From a virus (Duplodnaviria > Caudoviricetes): 50,485 bases of DNA. Below are positions 18,901 through 26,732 of this stretch, one piece after another. Made by a program: the position numbers and the translations under genes. The first letter of the stretch is position 1, and every line of letters begins with the position of its first letter. The stretch is taken from positions 1-50,485 of the IMG/VR virus record IMGVR_UViG_3300037518_000427. The stretch is one strand, 5' to 3'. Below the pieces are notes generated by a model. The model was not told where the DNA came from. It did not search any database and worked only from the letters and a program-made list of their open reading frames with translations.

Positions 18901-19932
18901 GTTCTGCACTTGGGGCAAGGCCGCCATTGATTGCTGGGCGTCAAAACCGGCCGACGCCAGATAGTAGAGCCCCTTGGCGGCTTCGTTGGCGCCGAAGACG
19001 GTCTCAACCGCAAAAGCGCGCAAGTCTCGGGTGACTCCGCGCATCGTCTCGCTGGTGGCCTCGAGAACCCCCTTGTTACGGAGCATCGTGTATTCGAACT
19101 CGGCGCCAACATCGGTCATCGAGCGGAACGCACGAGCCAGTGCGTAAACGCCTGCCGCAACGAAGAGCGCTGTCCCAAGGTTGGCCAGTGCTCCAGAAAG
19201 CCCAGCCATCGCTCCTTCTGCCGCGGTGGCGCTGCGGATCATGGAGTAGAAGCTGAGTCCTGCGGACTGCCGCCCCAAACCACGGAACCCGCCGATCGTG
19301 GCGGCAGTCGCCAGATTGAGGGCGTTCATTGAGCTCGTGGCAGGCTGGATCTGCCTCTGCATCGTGCGCACGTTCGTCGCATTGATCGTGAGCGGAACCG
19401 GGATCGGGCCGATCCGCTGGAAGGCCGCTGCGAGCTGGGCGCGGAGTGCTCGGGTGTTGGGAATCGCGAACCGGACCGGGATCGGCATCGGCCGGAGCGT
19501 GGAGGTCACCGCCCGAAGCTGCCCGTAGATCACCGAACGCAGCGGCAGGCGCAAGGTCGAGGGCAGCAGGACCGGCCGCATACCCGCGAACTGAGCCTGG
19601 ACTTGCGCCCGCGGCGGCGGACTGAACATCACGGGGATCGGAGCGGCTCGGAAGCCGGCCATGTAGGCCGCAACCTGCCCTCGCAGGACCGACTTGGCTG
19701 GCATGCGGAACGTGGTCGGCACCGGGACAGGCTTCATGCCCAACAGCGAGCCGGTGATTTCCTTCTTCAGTTGGGCGCTGGTGGGTTTCTTGAACCCGAT
19801 CTGAAGGGCACGCAGTTGCTCGGCCGACTTGGCCAGACTGAGGATCGTGGCCTTGGCCTGTGCGGCAGCGGTATCGAGGGGCTTGGTGTTGAGCCCGACG
19901 TCACCGTAGAGCGAGCCGATCTTGGTCGCCAC
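15991..19932 (-). CDS. Tail tape measure protein (TP901-like core)
   Basis: 1313 aa, Ala-rich helical; F.A.EAA.GLYYLASAG, GSKAGT core; follows chaperones. Confidence 0.92.
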   Translation of the reverse strand: MATKIGSLYGDVGLNTKPLDTAAAQAKATILSLAKSAEQLRALQIGFKKPTSAQLKKEITGSLLGMKPVPVPTTFRMPAKSVLRGQVAAYMAGFRAAPIPVMFSPPPRAQVQAQFAGMRPVLLPSTLRLPLRSVIYGQLRAVTSTLRPMPIPVRFAIPNTRALRAQLAAAFQRIGPIPVPLTINATNVRTMQRQIQPATSSMNALNLATAATIGGFRGLGRQSAGLSFYSMIRSATAAEGAMAGLSGALANLGTALFVAAGVYALARAFRSMTDVGAEFEYTMLRNKGVLEATSETMRGVTRDLRAFAVETVFGANEAAKGLYYLASAGFDAQQSMAALPQVQNLAVSGFIDMEKASDIAVAAMAGFGYSAEELTRVNDSFVSASNKTLTTVDQMAEAFQYVVPFSRILGYNIEETAGLIGILSDAGARGSKAGTHLAQAMKKAGQIAAEFGFQSSDLVDVLTELENRGATANDVIKLFAQRGALAALILFKNLKQVRSLQLEIAGDVGISERNAAILLDAVQSSAKKLVAVFEDIKIGVFDAFRDELAAVIKYTTSWLKRNKDAIVDFLGLTMKVVTGLLGAVSVVGNLFTTIHSSIRGTNKAIDTTVSKLDTLSSRKTAATIIPPEASGGELMEDMLSGDPEALEEFVDGMQTRAASSEDAAASIMADMAKVDAALQPPSTNVWAEYYSELTDASGVYWGESVEQALTAQDIITMAAMRAREEIAKAPDPSTWAKFWHTTGMIGLQGVGVLERIAKTVTSIMETMTFSQFRFIHSLIHGSRALADLVVGDLDSAARNAKNGLERITGIFTEEMTTFAATAKETWATGWSFVGFDTAARLEQEAFVAEQVRQAEEQVKLQEEARKRIEDTMAAWNKQLGGFSFTGDKKGRGKGLRDLANDAKKLATIYRDLALSGILSSQQLDRAWELYHKARMQQLEAELAGIDKIEADSELMEEHRKQATAEIMAEIARLKKFGDPGKLKAQVDLYRDLAESARGTTATIQKAWSEYTKRRLEQIEFERLADIAKNHDEVTANADAERKKAELAREGLDAIRGHVADIEAVYADHYKSILDDTSSTTKQMQVAWDRHVAYRLRQIDAEAVAMRENLGLNAFQTHGIITEMRRRLFAEKPEELLSMQEAIVKWMRDTATEANDAFSDLFFDAFKGEAKKTFDYLERISDAFMRRLTDRMADTILNFTERFLPGNTGFTQLNPGTGGGGGGFDIEPAGGAPTSVTIPQPGTIGEDNEGVIPLSHLRDQRFLEGLGEGQRDGTTGQPVVNMTVNTPDVAGFQRSKSQVMSQLSVAMRQAMRNN

Positions 19933-20302
19933 TCATCCCTTCCTTGGGTTTGGCCCTACCAGTCCGCTTGGCCCATGCCACCAGTCGCAGAAGCGTTTCC
20001 TTCTGCTCCTGCAAGCTCTGCTTCCGAGCCGTTCGGCGAGGCTCCTTCGGCATGAAGTCTTCCACCGTGTAGGGACGGCGTCCCTTGCCCCGGAAGACGT
20101 TCGCCACAACCTGCGCAATGGTGGCGGACCGCATCCAGTCGGCCCGCTCCCCGAACGGCTCAACATACGAATAGGCGATCCAGCCAGCCAGCTGCCGGCT
20201 ACTCAGACGCGCTAGGAGTTCGTCCGGATGAGCGAATCTTCCTCCGAGGGCCAAGCAGAGTCGGTAGTAGAACCGCTCTCTTGGCCGCTCGATGAGTTTC
20301 CC
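19901..20302 (-). CDS. Tail assembly chaperone, -1 frameshift extension (gpT-like)
   Basis: The -1 frame is open from the GGGAAAC site: KLIERPRERFYYRLCLALGG..W.AY..VEPFG..R.D. Confidence 0.8.
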   Translation of the reverse strand, partial: GKLIERPRERFYYRLCLALGGRFAHPDELLARLSSRQLAGWIAYSYVEPFGERADWMRSATIAQVVANVFRGKGRRPYTVEDFMPKEPRRTARKQSLQEQKETLLRLVAWAKRTGRAKPKEGMSGDQDRLALR

Positions 20303-20649
20303 GCGATCTCCTCCACGTCTTCCTTGCTCATCTTCGAGAGCCTCTGGGCGATCGGGAAGATGTGATCGATCACCACTGCAGACTTCTTGGCCAGGGCCGA
20401 CGCCTCCTCGAACTTGAACAGTCGCTGGTCATTCTCATCCACCAGCGAAAGGACCAAGATGCGGGAACGAAGCAGCCGCATGTCCTTGGGCTTGCCGTCG
20501 TCGGTGCTGAAGTAGAGAGATTCGATCTCGTCTCGGTCCGCCGCGCTCATCCCGCGGATCCGTACCGTTCCGCCCCACTCGGAGATCTCGACATCCTCGT
20601 ACTCCAAGTCCTTGGCAGCGAGGATCTGTTCCTTGCTTAGAAACGACAT
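20212..20649 (-). CDS. Tail assembly chaperone (gpG-like)
   Basis: LSKEQIL...EWGGTVRIRGMS..RD..E; between tail tube and tape measure. Confidence 0.88.
   Translation of the reverse strand: MSFLSKEQILAAKDLEYEDVEISEWGGTVRIRGMSAADRDEIESLYFSTDDGKPKDMRLLRSRILVLSLVDENDQRLFKFEEASALAKKSAVVIDHIFPIAQRLSKMSKEDVEEIAGNSSSGQESGSTTDSAWPSEEDSLIRTNS
20296..20302 (-). other. Programmed -1 frameshift slippery site G GGA AAC
   Basis: X XXY YYZ heptamer in correct phase (GCG GGA AAC) near the gpG end. Confidence 0.85.
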
Positions 20650-20661
20650 TGCTTCCTCCGT

Positions 20662-21084
20662 TTACGTGCTGATGTCGACCTGGCCCGTCACCTTGATGGT
20701 GACGTCCACCGTGACCTTGTCGTCCGGCTGGATCGACAAGGGGATGTCCGTGACGAACCCGGTGAACTCGATGGTCGTGTTCCCGGTGTCGGAAAGGATG
20801 ATCTGGTAATTCACCGCGTCCGGGCTCTCGTAGTCGTCCTTCATGGCGTTGAAACCAGCCAGGGTGAAGTTCATGTTGAGGGTTACGTCCCCTCCGTCTC
20901 GGAAGCCACGGATGTACTCCTTGTACCCTCCCGTGGAATCGAGCGAGGTCACATCGATGAAGTCGGCCGTGAGTCCCGGCCCCGTGATCGAGTTGACCTC
21001 GGCGATCGCGGTGAAGGTCTCGGGTGAGCCTCCGTCTCCGCGCTTGAAGATTGTGCCGACGCCGGCAAACGCTGCGCTCGCCAT
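20662..21084 (-). CDS. Major tail tube protein
   Basis: IAEV.SI.GP..T.D.IDVT.LDS..GYKEYI.G.RD.G motif. Confidence 0.9.
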   Translation of the reverse strand: MASAAFAGVGTIFKRGDGGSPETFTAIAEVNSITGPGLTADFIDVTSLDSTGGYKEYIRGFRDGGDVTLNMNFTLAGFNAMKDDYESPDAVNYQIILSDTGNTTIEFTGFVTDIPLSIQPDDKVTVDVTIKVTGQVDIST

Positions 21085-21212
21085 GTGCGCTTACTCCCAC
21101 GTCCACCTGGCGGTCGCTCTCGTGGGGCACGAAAAGACGAACCAAGGGCGGAACTGTGTGGTCCTAAATCACATGGCTCGGGGAGTCCGATACCGTTTCG
21201 ACTATCCCTGTC

Positions 21213-21428
21213 TCAGGTCCTCGGAGGAGGCTCCGCAGAGGTCCGATGCCTCCGTTCACGGTGCTCCTGCACCGACTGCACCACCCCATCCTGGAGGGTG
21301 ACTTCTACCCAGAAGCGACCGTACCAACCGCGCTGGGTGGATTCGGAGAAGAGCCGGTCCATCAGCACCCCTGCCGTCTCCTGGTAACGCTTGTTGGTTC
21401 CTCTCGTGGCCGGAGCTTCCATGCTCAT
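21213..21428 (-). CDS. Small YezD/DUF2292-like protein
   Basis: RGWYG.F.VEVT.QDG.VQ pattern; ATGA coupled. Confidence 0.5.
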   Translation of the reverse strand: MSMEAPATRGTNKRYQETAGVLMDRLFSESTQRGWYGRFWVEVTLQDGVVQSVQEHRERRHRTSAEPPPRT

Positions 21429-21823
21429 GCCGCTCCTGTTCGGTGAATCCGGAAGCTCACGCTGAACTCCGGCCGATGTTGTTCATCATACTGCAAGAAG
21501 GCAATGTCGCCCTCCTGCCAGATCCCCACGTAGCGGGCGTCGTTGACCGTCTCGTTGTGGCGGCCGTTCAGGACTACCGCGACAGCCTGGGCGAGTTGGT
21601 GGGTAGCCACATAGGAACCCTTCTCGCCCCTCACGACGATCTGGACGGTCGGCCTCAGATACTGATACTGGACCTCCGGGTCGAAACCGCCCGTGTCGTA
21701 GAGCACGACCGCCTCGTCAGGGCTCTCCGGAAGCTCGCTCACGAAGAGATCGGTCCCAAAGGTGAGCGCCGGAGCGCTCGCATCGACCAGCAGATCCACC
21801 ATGTCCACACTGGGCGGGTTCAC
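21425..21823 (-). CDS. Tail terminator ('minor capsid' type) protein
   Basis: GTDLF...PE.PD..V.LYDTGG..P..QI.VRG; GTGA overlap. Confidence 0.8.
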   Translation of the reverse strand: MNPPSVDMVDLLVDASAPALTFGTDLFVSELPESPDEAVVLYDTGGFDPEVQYQYLRPTVQIVVRGEKGSYVATHQLAQAVAVVLNGRHNETVNDARYVGIWQEGDIAFLQYDEQHRPEFSVSFRIHRTGAA

Positions 21824-22200
21824 TGGGTCATCCTCCGTGCCACGGCCGGGAGAATCAGGAACGCGCGCTCGTTCATCGGGTTGATGAGGTAGAACCTGCC
21901 GGTGCCCGGAGTCGTGTAGCGTGCGGCCAGCCGTTGATGGACCGTGGGCGCGTAGTACGTTGTGAAGACGATCCGGCGAACGATGTCCCCCTCGAGGCGC
22001 CCGCGCGGGTAGCGGACTCCCACATGGTCGGAGGTCAGGCGAAGCCGTCCGGTCTTCTTGGGCGTGACTTGGAGGACGGCCTTGTAGAGGTCGTTCACCT
22101 CTGCCTCGAGTCCCGATGCGGCCTCCCGGCGAATCCGGGTGACGTTCCGATCCAGTGACAGGAAGAAGTCGCGCTGTCCGTGCAGGCTCGCCCGGGCCAT
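21820..22200 (-). CDS. HK97 gp10-like neck protein
   Basis: TPKKTGRLR, YYA..VH, G..YL motifs; GGAGG RBS. Confidence 0.75.
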   Translation of the reverse strand: MARASLHGQRDFFLSLDRNVTRIRREAASGLEAEVNDLYKAVLQVTPKKTGRLRLTSDHVGVRYPRGRLEGDIVRRIVFTTYYAPTVHQRLAARYTTPGTGRFYLINPMNERAFLILPAVARRMTQ

Positions 22201-22592
22201 CAGGACCTCCCCCCGGCGAACCCGCCCCGTCCGAGCCATGCCTTGCAGGCGAAATCCCGTCCTTGCAGATCCGCCGCCTTACTGATCGCACGGACCTCGT
22301 AGGCGGAGTCGACCAAGAACGGGTCGGCGATCTGGTCGGCCGTCAAAGCAGTGAGGGTGCCTTGAGCGATCCATGCCCCAACCACAAGATCCCGGTCAGG
22401 ATGGATGACCGCGAGGGCCAACTGCTCCTCGCCCGTGGTGTCGATGAAGAGTTCCTGCCGATCGCTCCAGCGGCACTTGATCTCAATGCCGGCATCGAAT
22501 GCCCGACCGCCATACCCGTCGTTCACCGGGTTGGCCCAGAGCACGGCCGTCTGCTTGCGGACGTACTTTTGGAGTGTGGTCAGGCCAGGCAT
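22200..22592 (-). CDS. Head closure/stopper protein
   Basis: QTAV.W....DGYG....EI.CRW...E pattern; neck position. Confidence 0.75.
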   Translation of the reverse strand: MPGLTTLQKYVRKQTAVLWANPVNDGYGGRAFDAGIEIKCRWSDRQELFIDTTGEEQLALAVIHPDRDLVVGAWIAQGTLTALTADQIADPFLVDSAYEVRAISKAADLQGRDFACKAWLGRGGFAGGRS

Positions 22593-22909
22593 GGCTGCCC
22601 CCGTGGGCGGAGAGTGCTTTCGATTGGCATTAGATCGAGTTGAATCATGGCCTTCTCGTCTGACCTGATCGCGAGGCCAATCGACCGGATGTATCCGCTG
22701 CAAGTCACTGGCTCGTTCTCATCACTCGCCAGCGTTACCACTTCACCGTCAAAGTCGATCATCGTGTCCGCCTCGAAATGGTCACGAAGATCGTCGTAGA
22801 TCGACTGATCCCATTCGACTTCCACAGAAGTCGGATGCAACCCAGGCACTGGCCAGCACGGTAGCAGCACACCGACATTTACGGCCAAGTGCGTCACTCT
22901 GGCCGTCAT
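22580..22909 (-). CDS. Diverged tail-tube-like paralog
   Basis: C-terminal half aligns by eye with the tail tube at 20662-21084. Confidence 0.55.
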   Translation of the reverse strand: MTARVTHLAVNVGVLLPCWPVPGLHPTSVEVEWDQSIYDDLRDHFEADTMIDFDGEVVTLASDENEPVTCSGYIRSIGLAIRSDEKAMIQLDLMPIESTLRPRGQPCLA

Positions 22910-23270
22910 CCCAGCACCTTGATCTCAGCCGAGATCAGCCCGAGAAGCGCATTCACCAGCAGGCCCTTGGTGTCGATGAGCCGGAGCTGCTGCCCGTAGG
23001 GCGTGTGGTCCAGACCAAGGCCGGACTTGCCGTGGAAGGTCGCCTTCACGTCATCTACCGTGATGGACTGGACCCGCGGATCCCGGATCGCCACGAAGTG
23101 AGCCGCCAGCCAAAGCTCCAACTGCTCCTGAAGATCGTCGGAATAGTCCGTGTCGGAGGCGACCACGTCGTCTACCAAGACATGGGCGACTCGCAGAAAA
23201 GGCGTGATCTGCGCCTCGGTCAGCTCGGTGTCGATGATCGCCTTCACGTCTTGTTCAGTGGGTCGGCTCA
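22906..23270 (-). CDS. Head-tail adaptor
   Basis: DVKAII..I.PF..A..V..LE.WLAAHF..GL..T.YGQ. Confidence 0.8.
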
Positions 23271-23279
23271 TCGGCTGCC

Positions 23280-24023
23280 TCAACTCTTCCCATGGTTCAA
23301 GTGAAACGCCACTGCGCGGCCCGACCAGACGAAGCGGGTCCCGCGCGCGATCAGTCGGTTCGCCAAATCCTCATCATTGCGGCCCGAGAGCTTCTCGTCA
23401 TACCCCCCCACCGCCTCGAAGTCCTCCCGGTGGATCGCCCCGAGGAACAGGAACGGGACGGGCCGCTCGACTCCGCAGTAGAGCTCGCCGCGGCCCGTGC
23501 CCATCTTGACCGCCAGCCAGCGGCCCGCATCGGTTCGGATCGCACTGGTGTCGGCGATCTCGTAGTCGGGTGGAAACCGGTAACTCCCCGCAGCGATGTC
23601 CGAGCGGACCCGTGCCATCTCCTCGGGCCGGCCATTGTGGACCCGCGCCAGTGCGACCACCCCGGGCCGGCAGAGAGCCAGGAGAGGGCGTACGCAGTCG
23701 GTCAGGTGGACCACCTCACCACCTTGCTCGAAGACGACCAGCGAGTCGGTCATCCGATGGCCGATGTTCCAGACCGGGCCCGGATTCTTCCGATAGCCGC
23801 CCGTCCGCTTGAGCGCGACCACTTGGTGGACAAGCCCGTTGACCTGGCGCAGGACGCGCCCAGTGTCGTCGGTCGACCCATCGTCGACCACCATGACCCT
23901 CATCAGCCCAGCCGGGTACTGCCGGAGGCTTTCCAGGCACGGGCGGAGCTGGTCGGCTCGGTTCCGAGTCGCGATCAGGAGCGTCGGCTGATAGGCCATC
24001 GCTGTAAGTGCCTGCTCAGACAA
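23280..24023 (-). CDS. Glycosyltransferase, GT2/GT-A fold
   Basis: LIATRNR..L..CL.SL, VVDDGSTD, FEAVGGYDE, EDL..RL. Confidence 0.9.
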   Translation of the reverse strand: MSEQALTAMAYQPTLLIATRNRADQLRPCLESLRQYPAGLMRVMVVDDGSTDDTGRVLRQVNGLVHQVVALKRTGGYRKNPGPVWNIGHRMTDSLVVFEQGGEVVHLTDCVRPLLALCRPGVVALARVHNGRPEEMARVRSDIAAGSYRFPPDYEIADTSAIRTDAGRWLAVKMGTGRGELYCGVERPVPFLFLGAIHREDFEAVGGYDEKLSGRNDEDLANRLIARGTRFVWSGRAVAFHLNHGKS

Positions 24024-26193
24024 AGTTTCCGTGCTCCGTTGGGATAGTGTCGATCATGGCGTTCATTTCCCGGTTGCGCTCGTTGAACTGGCAGAGGTCG
24101 CAGCCGCGGGCGTCGAACCCTGCGAAATCCTTTCGCTTTTGCTCGGAAGCCCACAGATCGGACAACCGCTGATCCTTCAGCGAGCCGATCAACCCACGGG
24201 TATTGTAGGCCAAGACGCAGCAACGATATACCCCGAGATCCGCCCCAATGTAGGTCGTCAGGTGCATGTAGGCGCACCGCTCGTAGTCCGGAGGCCCTTG
24301 GTGGAGGTCCTTCGCCCGCTCCCGGAACATATCGGCGACTGCGAACCGGTCGGTCTCCAACGCCTTGGCCGCCCGGCAGAGCCTGGCCGCGTCCTCCTCG
24401 AAGCCCTCGAAGTAGGCCGCCCCCTCGGTCGTGAACACTGCCGCCAGTCGGACATTGTCGACTCCGGCGTCGCGCGCCCTGCCTACGAAGAGCGGGATCT
24501 CCGTCCAATTCTCCTTGGTGACCACGAACCCAAGCCCGACATAGGGGCTCGCACCGTTGCGCGCTGCCACCACAGCCTCCACATTCTTCCAGACCGTCTC
24601 GAAGACGCCCGGGCGGACTCGCCGGATCTGCTGGTAGCTCTCGGCCGTGCCGGCATCGATCGAGATCCGGATCCAGGACGACCCGCGCACCGCAACCGCG
24701 GCATGGCCGTTCAGCTTCTGGCCGTTGCTCACGATGGCAGTCTCCAGCCCCAGGCCCTGGGCGTAGAGCACGATCGATGCGAAGTCCGGATGCACGGTCG
24801 GCTCCCCACCGCCGGTAAATTGGACGGCCCGGATCCCCATCGCCTGTGCGTCCCGGAGGATCTCCAGGGCCTTGTCCGTCTCGATCATCCGGTTGGGGTT
24901 GTGGTTGTACGTACCGTCCGCATCGGTGACACCGAAAAGCTGGTTGCTGGAGTAGCCGGACATTCGGTAGGCGCAAAAGTTGCAATTAGAGATCGCTATG
25001 CCGTTGGCGAGATAAGATCGCACCGGAGGGCAGGAGATGTTGTAGACGCGGATCGATCCCGAGACAGGTCGAACCGAATCAATCGGTCGAAGTGCCAGAC
25101 CCCGCTCCACTGCGAGTTCGGCGAGGCGAAGTCCTCCAGGATCGTCGATAGCTTGGTAGGGATCCTCTTGCGATGGTCGGCGGGACAAAAGATCACCAGA
25201 CACGCCCATCCCGATCGCCGGTAGTGTGCCGCCATTGGAATCCCGTAGTTTGCTGGATTCCGGCGTTGAATTGAGCCACCGTTGAAAATGCCATTCGAGG
25301 TGATCTCGATCACCTTCTTCTGCTTCAACACTCGGAAGTCTGGATTCTTTCGATTGATCCAAAGGCGACCATTTCCGCGGAAACTGATCGGGAGAGAGTG
25401 AACCTTCGCGAAGTTCCGAAACCTCAGTTCGATCTTGGACGGCGATCGAACCATCTCCCGCGAACGTCTGGCCCTGGCTGCGATGCTTGGATCCTTCATC
25501 GGATTGTTGGTGCGCATTCGCTCCGCTACACGTTGTCGGTGCTGTGGAGAATGAAGGTTCGTCATTCCGCGAACACAATGCCCAGTTCGGTAATTCGACC
25601 AATAGTTCCCCGCCCCGAACCCATGGACATTCACTGGAGTACCGCACCCGCAGAGGCACGAAGGAGCTACCTCGCCTTTCGTTCTCCTTCGCAAAACGCT
25701 GACCTTCTTTGCATATCTCGATGTTTGGTTCGTCTGCGCATGACCGAAGATGTACGCTCCCCAACGCCTCTGCCTTGGGTTCCATTTCGGCGACTGACCG
25801 CATCCGCAACCGCACAACGGCGGAGTCCCGATTGGCGCTGAGATCCTTCGCCGCTTTCCAGCCATTCTGGGTGAGGATTGGGTGGTCCCCGGTTGCTCTG
25901 ACGACTCGTCCGTCGCACCTGATTTCGAACACGTCGTCGGCGAGTCGATTCCCGATGCAGTCGACTTTGACAACGGACCCATCTGGCCCACAGACGTAGT
26001 CGCCGACTTGGATCGTTTCGATTGGTCGCTCGCCATCTGGACATTCTACTAGCGTCCCTGCAGGGACGCAATCGTGATTACACAAATCTGACAAGATCAG
26101 CTGCAGATGCACCGGGTTCGGTTGCCCGCCCTTGGCGATCTCCATCAGCCGATCCGGATGATGGGCGGCCTTGTTGGTCGCGTACGGGTTCAT
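24016..26193 (-). CDS. Radical SAM protein with C-terminal SPASM/twitch-like domain, intein-containing
   Basis: Splicing restores CNHD|CNFC (CxxxCxxC); FTGGGEPT, RISID, C..YIGAD..VY.CC..C..C; ATGA coupled. Confidence 0.9.
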   Translation of the reverse strand: MNPYATNKAAHHPDRLMEIAKGGQPNPVHLQLILSDLCNHDCVPAGTLVECPDGERPIETIQVGDYVCGPDGSVVKVDCIGNRLADDVFEIRCDGRVVRATGDHPILTQNGWKAAKDLSANRDSAVVRLRMRSVAEMEPKAEALGSVHLRSCADEPNIEICKEGQRFAKENERRGSSFVPLRVRYSSECPWVRGGELLVELPNWALCSRNDEPSFSTAPTTCSGANAHQQSDEGSKHRSQGQTFAGDGSIAVQDRTEVSELREGSLSPDQFPRKWSPLDQSKESRLPSVEAEEGDRDHLEWHFQRWLNSTPESSKLRDSNGGTLPAIGMGVSGDLLSRRPSQEDPYQAIDDPGGLRLAELAVERGLALRPIDSVRPVSGSIRVYNISCPPVRSYLANGIAISNCNFCAYRMSGYSSNQLFGVTDADGTYNHNPNRMIETDKALEILRDAQAMGIRAVQFTGGGEPTVHPDFASIVLYAQGLGLETAIVSNGQKLNGHAAVAVRGSSWIRISIDAGTAESYQQIRRVRPGVFETVWKNVEAVVAARNGASPYVGLGFVVTKENWTEIPLFVGRARDAGVDNVRLAAVFTTEGAAYFEGFEEDAARLCRAAKALETDRFAVADMFRERAKDLHQGPPDYERCAYMHLTTYIGADLGVYRCCVLAYNTRGLIGSLKDQRLSDLWASEQKRKDFAGFDARGCDLCQFNERNREMNAMIDTIPTEHGNFV
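24985..26070 (-). mobile_element. Intein, 362 aa, C1...SN|C
   Basis: Block A CVPAGTLV, block B ATGDHPI, block F VYNISC, block G YLANGIAISN then Cys+1. Confidence 0.92.
24996..25865 (-). CDS. Putative Vsr/DUF559-like PD-(D/E)xK homing endonuclease nested in the +1 frame of the intein
   Basis: Two CxCGCG...GH modules, NNPM, PSKIE..F, NPDF..KKVIEI, GW.CLVI; frame open from 26036; true start uncertain. Confidence 0.75.
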   Translation of the reverse strand: MAGKRRRISAPIGTPPLCGCGCGQSPKWNPRQRRWGAYIFGHAQTNQTSRYAKKVSVLRRRTKGEVAPSCLCGCGTPVNVHGFGAGNYWSNYRTGHCVRGMTNLHSPQHRQRVAERMRTNNPMKDPSIAARARRSREMVRSPSKIELRFRNFAKVHSLPISFRGNGRLWINRKNPDFRVLKQKKVIEITSNGIFNGGSIQRRNPANYGIPMAAHYRRSGWACLVIFCPADHRKRIPTKLSTILEDFASPNSQWSGVWHFDRLIRFDLSRDRSASTTSPALRCDLISPTA

Positions 26194-26732
26194 CGGAGTA
26201 ACTCGTAGGTTCCGATCACAACCGTTTCTTCTGGGTTGGGACCTTGGTGGAGTTGCTTCCAACCGAGTTCGCACAGTTGCTGGTGGGTCCACTGGACCCG
26301 GTGGGTCTCGTGGGGGTTGCCCCAATCTTCGCCTTCCTGGGGGCAGTCGGTGATCGGGATCGTCAGGTAGACCGCTGCCTTGCTCCCGTCGCGCAGTCGT
26401 CCGACCAGGTCAAGCGCATCGCTCAGCGACAGGTGCTCCAGCACATCGCCGAGGATCACGACATCGTAAGTGTCCCAGTCGCGAACCTTGCGCAGATCGA
26501 TCACCCGAACCTCGTCATAGATCTGGTGGAGACCGAACTGGACGAGGTAGGAAACCCAGATCTCGATGGCGACGAGGAACGGAGGTGTCTCGATCCCGCT
26601 GGTCGCTTCGCGGATGAGCTTTCCCCATTTGCCGGCGCCTGCGCCCACGTCGACAACCCGTGGTGACTCCCTTTCTATGATGCGCTGGAGCATGAGCAGT
26701 TGGCCTTTGTAGGGCTGCTGGCTATAGGGCAT
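26190..26732 (-). CDS. Class I SAM-dependent methyltransferase
   Basis: VVDVGAGAGKWG, YDVVILGDVLEHL, NPHETH. Confidence 0.88.
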   Translation of the reverse strand: MPYSQQPYKGQLLMLQRIIERESPRVVDVGAGAGKWGKLIREATSGIETPPFLVAIEIWVSYLVQFGLHQIYDEVRVIDLRKVRDWDTYDVVILGDVLEHLSLSDALDLVGRLRDGSKAAVYLTIPITDCPQEGEDWGNPHETHRVQWTHQQLCELGWKQLHQGPNPEETVVIGTYELLR

